From positions 1 to 13,395 of the forward strand of contig JANNWY010000265.1 in assembly GCA_031409335.1 (NCBI GenBank): 13,395 bases of DNA, in the 5' to 3' direction. The position numbers and the translations under genes are program-made. The notes beneath the pieces were generated by a model. That model was not told the origin of the DNA and did not search any database. It saw only the letters and a program-made list of their open reading frames with translations. This document shows, one piece after another, positions 7,011-13,395 of the stretch (within the stretch, counting starts at the first letter, position 1; every line of letters begins with the position of its first letter). This DNA is from Chthoniobacteraceae bacterium (GTDB lineage: Bacteria; Verrucomicrobiota; Verrucomicrobiia; Chthoniobacterales; Chthoniobacteraceae).

Positions 7011-8423
7011 CTACCCGCCGGCGCTGCCGTCTCCGCCAGGTTTGGTCATGGCGATGGGGTCGAGCGCGGCAGTTAGTTCGGCTTCGGGGAGGATTTGTCG
7101 TTCGCGGCAAATCTGGCGCACGGTCTTGCCGGTCTTTGCGCTTTCCTTCGCGATCTCGGCGGCTTTGTCGTAACCGATGATCGGTGCGAGCGGGGTGACC
7201 ATCGCCATGCTGAGTTCGACGAGTTCGTTGCAGCGCGGGATGTTGGCCTGGATGCCGGAGATGCATTTTTCGTCGAAGATGACGATGACGCCGGCCATGA
7301 GGCGCAGGGATTCGAGGATGCTCGCGGCGAGGGCGGGCATCATGGTGTTCAACTCGAAGTTGCCATTCGCCGCGCAGAAGGTCGCGGTGGCGTCGTTGCC
7401 GATCACGCGGGCGCAGACTTGCATGACGCTCTCGCAGATCACGGGGTTCACCTTTCCCGGCATGATCGACGAGCCGGGCTGGGTCTCGGGGAGCAGGATT
7501 TCGCCGATGCCGCAGCGGGGGCCGGAGGCGAGCCAGCGGATGTCGTTGGCGATTTTGAAAAGGGAAACCGCGATCGTCTTGAGCTGGCCGCTGGCCTGGA
7601 TGAGGCCGTCCTTCGCGGACTGCGCCTCAAAGTGGTCGCGGGCCTCGCGCCAGGCGATGCCGGTGTGATTTTCCAAATGCCGCATGACGATGCCGGAAAA
7701 ATCGGGATGGCAATTCAGCCCGGTGCCGACGGCGGTGCCGCCGAGTGGGAGTTCTTCGATGGCTTCGATCGCATTGCGCGCGCGGGCGACGGAGTATTCG
7801 ATCTGCTTTGCGTAGCCGCCAAATTCCTGGCCGAGCCGGACGGGCGTCGCGTCCATGAGATGCGTGCGGCCGATCTTGATGACTTCCCAAAATTCGAGGC
7901 TCTTTCTCGCGAACGCGGCATGGAGCTGCTCGAGCGCGGGGATGAGGAATTTGCGGGTGCGCTCGCCGACTGCGACATGGATCGCGGTCGGGATCACATC
8001 GTTGGAAGATTGCCCCATGTTGACGTGGTCGTTGGGATGCACGGGCTCCTTCGAGCCGATGGGTTTGCCGGCGAGTTGCGAGCAGCGATTCGCGATCACC
8101 TCGTTGACGTTCATGTTCGTCGAGGTGCCCGAGCCGGTCTGGTAGATGTCGATGGGAAAATGCGCGTCGAGGTCTCCGTCGATGACTTCCCGCGCGGCGC
8201 GCGCGATGAGCGCGGCTTTATCTTCATCGAGTTTGCCGAGTTCGAGATTGGCCTCGGCAGCACCCCATTTTACGAGGCCGAGCGCGCGGATGAATTCGCG
8301 CCCGAAGCCGTGGCCGGAGACGGGAAAATTGAGGACGGCGCGCTGTGTCGAGGCTCCGTAAAGCGCGTTTGCGGGAACTTCCATCGTCCCCATGGAGTCT
8401 TTTTCTGTGCGAGTTTCTGACAT
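7011..8423 (-). CDS. fumC: Class II fumarate hydratase, 470 aa
   Basis: RTEKDSMG, QTGSGTSTNMN, HPNDHVNMGQSSND, KIGRTHLMDATP, and the fumarate lyase signature GSSIMPGKVNP. Start re-assigned to ATG 8423. Confidence 0.95.
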   Translation of the reverse strand: MSETRTEKDSMGTMEVPANALYGASTQRAVLNFPVSGHGFGREFIRALGLVKWGAAEANLELGKLDEDKAALIARAAREVIDGDLDAHFPIDIYQTGSGTSTNMNVNEVIANRCSQLAGKPIGSKEPVHPNDHVNMGQSSNDVIPTAIHVAVGERTRKFLIPALEQLHAAFARKSLEFWEVIKIGRTHLMDATPVRLGQEFGGYAKQIEYSVARARNAIEAIEELPLGGTAVGTGLNCHPDFSGIVMRHLENHTGIAWREARDHFEAQSAKDGLIQASGQLKTIAVSLFKIANDIRWLASGPRCGIGEILLPETQPGSSIMPGKVNPVICESVMQVCARVIGNDATATFCAANGNFELNTMMPALAASILESLRLMAGVIVIFDEKCISGIQANIPRCNELVELSMAMVTPLAPIIGYDKAAEIAKESAKTGKTVRQICRERQILPEAELTAALDPIAMTKPGGDGSAGG

Positions 8424-8502
8424 AAAGAGAGGGTCAGAATAAGGACGCGCCGCGCCTTGCAAAGCCGAATCCCGCGGAATTGCCGGACCGGTCCCGAGAG
8501 CT

Positions 8503-9177
8503 TCAGCGACGCTCGACGCCGTTCAGCACGTGCCCGTTCGAGTGGTGGCCATTGTGATGATGGCCATTGGTTCCATTCTTGCGGCCATTCGTGGAAATGG
8601 GGTGGCCATTGGCGGTGCGCCAGAATTTCGTGATGAACATCGGCGGCAAATTCTGAAGACAGTATTCGCTCTCAGCGCGCGCGAAGTGATCGCAGTGCCC
8701 GCGCTCGCGCAGTTCATTGGTAACTTGGTAAATGATGAACGCGGCGTGCGGTTCAGGTGCGAGCACCTCAAAAGTATTGCGCAGGAGGTCGCGCTTTTTC
8801 GCGGGGTCCAGGATCGAAAATGGAATGCCGGAAATGACGTAGTCGCAGTGGCGGAGGCCGCGCAACACCAGCTCCTCGGCGAGGCGCGCGGCGTCGGTAT
8901 TCAGCACGACGACACGCCGGTCGTGGCGGAATTGCGATTCCAGATGCGCGGCGAGTTCGGAGTCCAATTCAAAGAGAAGAAGCGTGGAATCCGGGTGCAT
9001 CTTCCGCACGATTTCGCGGGTGTGGCAGCCTTCGCCGGGGCCAAACTCGGCAATCACACGGGGTTGTGAAAAGTCGATTTTCGCGGAAACCCGCCGGATC
9101 ATCGTGCGCGAACTGGGCAGGATCGATGCGACTTGCAAGGGGCTGCGAAGAAATCGCTTCAGAAAAAGTGCGCTCAT
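8503..9177 (-). CDS. Class I SAM-dependent methyltransferase, phospholipid/ornithine-lipid N-methyltransferase-like (PmtA/OlsG type), 224 aa
   Basis: FLKRFLRSPLQVASILPSS N-terminus, motif I EFGPGEG, FELD, TDA, DYVISGIPFS. Start re-assigned to ATG 9177. Substrate cannot be determined from the sequence. Confidence 0.8.
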   Translation of the reverse strand: MSALFLKRFLRSPLQVASILPSSRTMIRRVSAKIDFSQPRVIAEFGPGEGCHTREIVRKMHPDSTLLLFELDSELAAHLESQFRHDRRVVVLNTDAARLAEELVLRGLRHCDYVISGIPFSILDPAKKRDLLRNTFEVLAPEPHAAFIIYQVTNELRERGHCDHFARAESEYCLQNLPPMFITKFWRTANGHPISTNGRKNGTNGHHHNGHHSNGHVLNGVERR

Positions 9178-9581
9178 TGAATGGATGGCCCGGCGTTGAA
9201 GGCGGAGACTGTAGGGGTCGCCTCTGGATTGGCAAGCGCTGGCTTGGATGGAATTTCCGACCTGCGGAATGGCAGAAAAATGCGCCGACTGGAGCAGGGT
9301 AAAAAAGGGCGTATTCAGCACCGCGCGGTCAAAATTTGCCGCTTTGTGAACATCGCTTGTAGGAAAAAAAGGAAGAAGAAGTGTCAGCTTCTATCACCTT
9401 GGTCGATCACGACTTATGCGTATTCTCGCACTTACACTGGCGAGAAAAATAGTCTCCATGCAATTTAGAGCTTTGTAGAATCGTGGGAATCGCGTATTAC
9501 CCAAAACGCCTTAGAAACATGTGTAGCAGTAATATAATTTTCTGCTTTGCAATTAACTTCACTTAGTATTTATAGAAACTT
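9178..9581. promoter_or_regulatory. AT-rich divergent promoter region
   Basis: 404-bp intergenic gap between divergent genes, clearly more AT-rich than the flanks. TATAAT at 9533-9538. Inverted repeats TTCTCGC-N10-GCGAGAA (9423-9446) and AGCAG-N12-CTGCT (9525-9546). Confidence 0.6.
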
Positions 9582-10154
9582 GTGAGCAACGAAAGCCCCA
9601 TCCATAACTTGATGACCGTCAAGGAAACTGCGGAGTATCTCCGGATCCCGCTTCCCACGGTCTATTACCTCGTGCAACGCGGACAATTGCCCGCCATCCA
9701 AATCGGCGGCCGCTGGCGAGTCAAAAAAGATGCGCTCGACCGCGATGTCCTGCGCGAAGCCGAGCAGGGACAGCCCACCGTCCTCGTCGTCGATGACGAC
9801 GAAGGCGTGCAGGCAATGTTCAAGCTCTTCCTGAAAAAGACCGGTTTCAGCCGCCTCGTGGTGGGCACCGGAAAGGAAGCTCTTGCGGCGCTCCAAAAAC
9901 AGAAATTCGACCTTTGCTTTCTCGACCTCAAACTCCCGGACATCTCGGGCGATGAAATCTACGTCGAGGCAAAGAAGAATCATCCCGAATTGCCCATCGT
10001 CATCGTGACCGCGCACGCGGACAGCGAGATGATGGATACCGTGATGAAATACGGCCCTGTGACCGTGTTGCGCAAGCCGCTCAAGACCGGCGATCTCGAA
10101 GAAACCATGCGCCATCTCGGACGGAAAACCGCCGGGAAATCGAAAGCCGCGTAA
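9582..10154 (+). CDS. Response regulator with N-terminal excisionase-type HTH (HTH_17-like) and C-terminal receiver domain, 190 aa
   Basis: LMTVKETAEYLRIPLPTVYYLVQRGQLPAIQIGGRWRV (Xis/MerR-like wHTH). Receiver motifs VLVVDDD, FLDLKLPDISG, VTAH, RKP. GTG start at 9582; alternative ATG at 9612. Confidence 0.9.
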   Translation: MSNESPIHNLMTVKETAEYLRIPLPTVYYLVQRGQLPAIQIGGRWRVKKDALDRDVLREAEQGQPTVLVVDDDEGVQAMFKLFLKKTGFSRLVVGTGKEALAALQKQKFDLCFLDLKLPDISGDEIYVEAKKNHPELPIVIVTAHADSEMMDTVMKYGPVTVLRKPLKTGDLEETMRHLGRKTAGKSKAA

Positions 10155-10179
10155 ACAACCGAAAATCAGTTCACTTCCT

Positions 10180-10208
10180 GCAAAGCCGGCTCACAGGGCC
10201 GGCTTTGC
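10180..10208. terminator. Perfect 11-bp hairpin at the convergent regulator/gatA junction
   Basis: gcaaagccggc (10180-10190), 7-nt loop, gccggctttgc (10198-10208). No clear U-tract follows. Confidence 0.5.
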
Positions 10209-11639
10209 TGCGTACCAGGGCGACGCGTGCTCATAGGCGTGCGCGATTTGCAGCATTTGCGCCTCCTCAAAGGGCTTTCCGAGGAGCTGCAATCCGACGG
10301 GCAGCTTCTTCCCGTCGATCTCCGCAAATCCACACGGCACGCTGATCCCGCAGATTCCCGCGAGATTCGCGGCGATGGTGAAAATGTCCGCGAGATACAT
10401 TTTCAGCGGATCGTCGCTGCGATCGCCGACCTTGAAGGCAACCTCGGGCGAGGTGGGACAAATGATCGCGTCCACCTTTTCAAAAGCACGCGTGAAATCA
10501 TCGCGGATCAGGGTCCGCACCTTTTGCGCGCGCAGATAGTAGGCGTCGTAGTAGCCGCTCGAAAGCACGTACGTTCCCAGGATGATCCGGCGCTTCACTT
10601 CGGGGCCGAATCCCTCCTCCCGCGTCCGGCAATACTGATCGAGCAGGCCCGCCGGATTCTCCGCGCGCTGGCCGTATCGCACACCGTCGAAGCGCGCCAG
10701 ATTTGCCGACGCCTCCGCCGTCGCCACGATGTAGTACACGCCCACGGCGTGCTCCGTATTCGGCAGCGACACCTCGACGATTTCCGCGCCGAGTTCCTCG
10801 TATTTTTTCACCGCCGCGCGCACCGCCGCGTCCACCTGCGGATCGATCCCGTCGATGAAATACTCGCGCGGCATCCCGAGCTTCACACCGCGCAAATCCT
10901 TCCCGAGCAGCGCGGTGAAATCCGGCACCGGCGCATCGAGACTCGTGGAATCCTGCGGATCGCGCCCCGAGATCGCATTCAGCATCAGCGCCGAGTCGCG
11001 CACCGTTTTCGTAAATGGCCCGATCTGATCCAGCGACGACGCAAACGCCACCAGCCCGAATCGCGAAACGCGTCCGTAACTCGGTTTCATTCCCACGATT
11101 CCACACAGCGCAGCGGGCTGGCGGATCGAGCCACCCGTATCCGAGCCGAGCGCTGCAAAGGCCGCATCCGCCGCCACCACTGCCGCCGAGCCACCGCTCG
11201 ATCCACCCGGAATGCGCGTCGTGTCCCACGGATTCAGCGTGGGAAAATACGACGAATTTTCCGTCGAGGACCCCATCGCAAATTCATCCATATTCGCCCG
11301 CCCGAACGGAATCGCCCCCGCCGCGCGCAGTTTCGCGATCACCGTCGCATCGTAGCTCGCCGTATAGCCGCGGAGAATCTGCGAGCCGCACGTGCAGGGC
11401 TCGCCTTTCACATTGATGACATCCTTGATCGCCACCGGCACGCCGCCGAGCGGCAGCGAAACATCCGCCGTTTCCGCCATGCGCCGGGCCGCCGCGAGAT
11501 CGCGCGAAATGTAGCCATGAATCAGCGGATCGACCCGCGCGATCCGCGCCTCCAGCGCCGCGAGCACTTCCACCGGCGATACTTCCTTCGCGCGCAGCCG
11601 CGCCTGCAAATCCGTGATCGAGAGAGCCGTGATTTCCAT
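10191..11639 (-). CDS. gatA: Asp-tRNA(Asn)/Glu-tRNA(Gln) amidotransferase subunit A, 482 aa
   Basis: Amidase signature PVAIKD, NMDEFAMGSS, GGSSGGS, GSDTGGSIRQPA. GatA-specific RFDGVRYG and EVKRRIILGT. Start re-assigned to ATG 11639, 4 bp after gatC. Confidence 0.96.
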   Translation of the reverse strand: MEITALSITDLQARLRAKEVSPVEVLAALEARIARVDPLIHGYISRDLAAARRMAETADVSLPLGGVPVAIKDVINVKGEPCTCGSQILRGYTASYDATVIAKLRAAGAIPFGRANMDEFAMGSSTENSSYFPTLNPWDTTRIPGGSSGGSAAVVAADAAFAALGSDTGGSIRQPAALCGIVGMKPSYGRVSRFGLVAFASSLDQIGPFTKTVRDSALMLNAISGRDPQDSTSLDAPVPDFTALLGKDLRGVKLGMPREYFIDGIDPQVDAAVRAAVKKYEELGAEIVEVSLPNTEHAVGVYYIVATAEASANLARFDGVRYGQRAENPAGLLDQYCRTREEGFGPEVKRRIILGTYVLSSGYYDAYYLRAQKVRTLIRDDFTRAFEKVDAIICPTSPEVAFKVGDRSDDPLKMYLADIFTIAANLAGICGISVPCGFAEIDGKKLPVGLQLLGKPFEEAQMLQIAHAYEHASPWYAAKPAL

Positions 11640-11643
11640 ACCG

Positions 11644-11928
11644 TTATTCGATGACTTTTGGGACGATGAACAACCCGTTTGCCTGCCGCGGCGCATTTGC
11701 CAGAGCCGCTTCCGGGGAAAAACCGGGCCGCGATTCGTCTTTTCGGAAAACATTGAAAACCGCGTTGGCATGAGCCGTTGGTTCCACGCCTTCGACGTTC
11801 ACCTGCTCGAGCTTTTCCACATACTCGAGCACCTGCGAAAGCTGCGTCTGGAACTTGGCAATCTCGTCTTCGCTCAAATGCAGGCGCGCAAGTTTCGCGG
11901 TGTATCGAACATCGAATTTGGCACTCAT
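11644..11928 (-). CDS. gatC: Asp-tRNA(Asn)/Glu-tRNA(Gln) amidotransferase subunit C, 94 aa
   Basis: AKLARLHL, V.GVEPTAH, ALANAP, FIVPKVIE. Directly upstream of gatA. Start re-assigned to ATG 11928. Confidence 0.95.
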   Translation of the reverse strand: MSAKFDVRYTAKLARLHLSEDEIAKFQTQLSQVLEYVEKLEQVNVEGVEPTAHANAVFNVFRKDESRPGFSPEAALANAPRQANGLFIVPKVIE

Positions 11929-12044
11929 AGGACTGCCAGTAGAAAGGAAATCGCCCCGCCTGCAAAACGCTTTTCGCAAAATCCGCGCAAGGCCACCAAC
12001 TTGAGCAATCGGCAGGATGCGCTATACTCGCCTACATCATTTCC

Positions 12045-13262
12045 ATGCTCTCCAAAAGACTGCTCCCCCTCAGCCTCCTCGTCCTCGCGTTCCTGCTCCC
12101 GCTGAAATCCATCGCGCAAATCTACGCCGACGTGCAGGTCGCCGGAGCGGTCACCGGCACCTTCACCATCACGCTCGAATACCAAAAAGCTCCGGCCACC
12201 GTCGCCAGTTTCATTGCCCTCGCCACTGGCCAGCGCGGCTGGCTGGACTTGAATACCGGCGTGATCCGCTATGACCCTTTCTACAACGGTGTTACTTTCC
12301 ATCGGGTGATCAAAAACTTCGTCAACCAGACCGGCTCCCGCAACGGTCTCGGCACCGACGGTCCAGGCTACGCTTTTCGCGATGAAATCGACGGCACGCT
12401 CTTGAATGTGAACTACGCCGTCTCGATGGCCAACAGCGGTATCAACACCAATGGCAGCCAGTTCTTTATCTGCCGGGGCGCGCAACCTTTTTTGGATGGC
12501 AAACATACCGTCTTCGGCCTCATCACCGCCGGGCAGGCCGTCAGCGACGCGATCAATGACACGGCGCTCAGCGGCAGCACGCCCGTCGTCCCGATCATTA
12601 TTCAATCCGTCAATATCTACGGCCCATCGCTCGCCGCTTTCAATCGCGATCCTGCCTGGCTCCCCAAGCTTAACAACGCGAAACCGGTCCTCAAAAAAAA
12701 TGGTACTACTTTCACTCTCGACTACGAGCGGCTACCCTACTCCGAGTATCCCGGCTGGCACGGCACCGACCTCGCCGCCTGGACGAAATTCACCGGAACC
12801 TACTTTGACAGCACCCCGCCGGTCGGTGCCCTCGACGTAACCTCCATCGCAACCGGCCACGCCCATTTCTACAAACTCGCGCGCGCCGATTACTCCGCCG
12901 CAAAAAACACATTTGTCCCCGTGGGCGTAGGCGGGCGCAGCTTCACTTTCACCAGCAATTTCATCCCCTCCTCCGTCGTCCTCAACGCCGCTGGCGACGG
13001 CGGCACCTGGTCGCTCCAGACCACACCCGCGCCCGGCACCGGCACAATCACCACCGTCACCTACACGCTGCAGCCCCTCTACCATTATACCTCCACCCTT
13101 TTCATGAAGTGGAACAGCACCGCGACCTACAACTTCGACCTCCAGTTCTTATATCATCTTAACTTCACCTCCGCGAACGGCGGCCGCTTCCTCGGAAAGT
13201 CCAACATCAACGGCTATACCGCCGACAGTAGCATCGTCGGCACGTTCACGACCACGCCTTAA
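12045..13262 (+). CDS. Secreted cyclophilin-type peptidyl-prolyl cis-trans isomerase with ~210-aa C-terminal beta-rich extension, 405 aa
   Basis: Signal peptide (aa 1-~24). Cyclophilin motifs APATVASF, FYNGVTFHRVIKNF..Q.G, SMANSG.NTNGSQFFI, FLDGKHTVFG. Thr/Gly/aromatic-rich C-terminal half. Confidence 0.9.
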   Translation: MLSKRLLPLSLLVLAFLLPLKSIAQIYADVQVAGAVTGTFTITLEYQKAPATVASFIALATGQRGWLDLNTGVIRYDPFYNGVTFHRVIKNFVNQTGSRNGLGTDGPGYAFRDEIDGTLLNVNYAVSMANSGINTNGSQFFICRGAQPFLDGKHTVFGLITAGQAVSDAINDTALSGSTPVVPIIIQSVNIYGPSLAAFNRDPAWLPKLNNAKPVLKKNGTTFTLDYERLPYSEYPGWHGTDLAAWTKFTGTYFDSTPPVGALDVTSIATGHAHFYKLARADYSAAKNTFVPVGVGGRSFTFTSNFIPSSVVLNAAGDGGTWSLQTTPAPGTGTITTVTYTLQPLYHYTSTLFMKWNSTATYNFDLQFLYHLNFTSANGGRFLGKSNINGYTADSSIVGTFTTTP

Positions 13263-13395
13263 CAGCCTGTTGAAAAACCTTCCAACAAGGCAGAGCTAGA
13301 AGGATAGATTGAGGCAATATGTTTGAGCGACGCGAAGACAGCGAAAAACAAAAAGAACTCTGGGTGCTTGCAGGAGAGTTACCCGAAGCCACGCC
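13263..13395 (+). mobile_element. Left end of a probable insertion sequence (IS1182/IS5-like), truncated by the window edge
   Basis: CAGCCTGTTGAAAAA follows TTAA directly and resembles IS1182/IS5-type terminal inverted repeats (recalled, not searched). Composition switches abruptly to purine-rich. An ORF opens 56 bp inside. Confidence 0.6.
13319..13395 (+). CDS. Partial CDS, probable transposase N-terminus (MFERREDSEKQKELWVLAGELPEAT...)
   Basis: GAGG at 13311-13314 precedes ATG 13319, and the frame is open to the window end. The Q-x-E-L-W-V...LP pattern resembles N-termini of DUF772-containing IS1182/IS5-like transposases. Not in the ORF track. Confidence 0.55.
   Translation, partial: MFERREDSEKQKELWVLAGELPEAT

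Noticed and set aside
7011..8423. Aspartate ammonia-lyase (aspA)
   Set aside because: QTGSGTS and GRTHLMDATP are FumC-type rather than AspA-type (QGGAGTS, GRTQLQDA).
9181..9468. 95-aa ORF in the divergent intergenic region
   Set aside because: No motifs and atypical composition; better explained as promoter DNA.

Overview
GC-rich bacterial window. The gene content and repeat style suggest Verrucomicrobiota/PVC, which is an inference only. The left part holds a small secreted class II-type cytochrome c and a tightly packed minus-strand four-gene operon (4645->613). That operon encodes a coiled-coil protein, a single-pass membrane protein (cytoplasmic longin/roadblock-like segment, periplasmic BON-like and OmpA-like domains), a stand-alone Rab/Ras-like small GTPase and a soluble histidine kinase. 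It is the best candidate for an uncharacterised trans-envelope GTPase signalling system. The rest is mostly housekeeping: mannose-1-phosphate guanylyltransferase, ruvX/yqgF, fumC, a PmtA/OlsG-like lipid N-methyltransferase, an HTH-receiver regulator, gatCA and a secreted cyclophilin. Also present are an inverted hexamer-repeat cruciform at 6827-6952 and the left end of a probable IS1182/IS5-like insertion sequence starting at the cyclophilin stop codon. All calls come from motif reading by eye; no database search was run.
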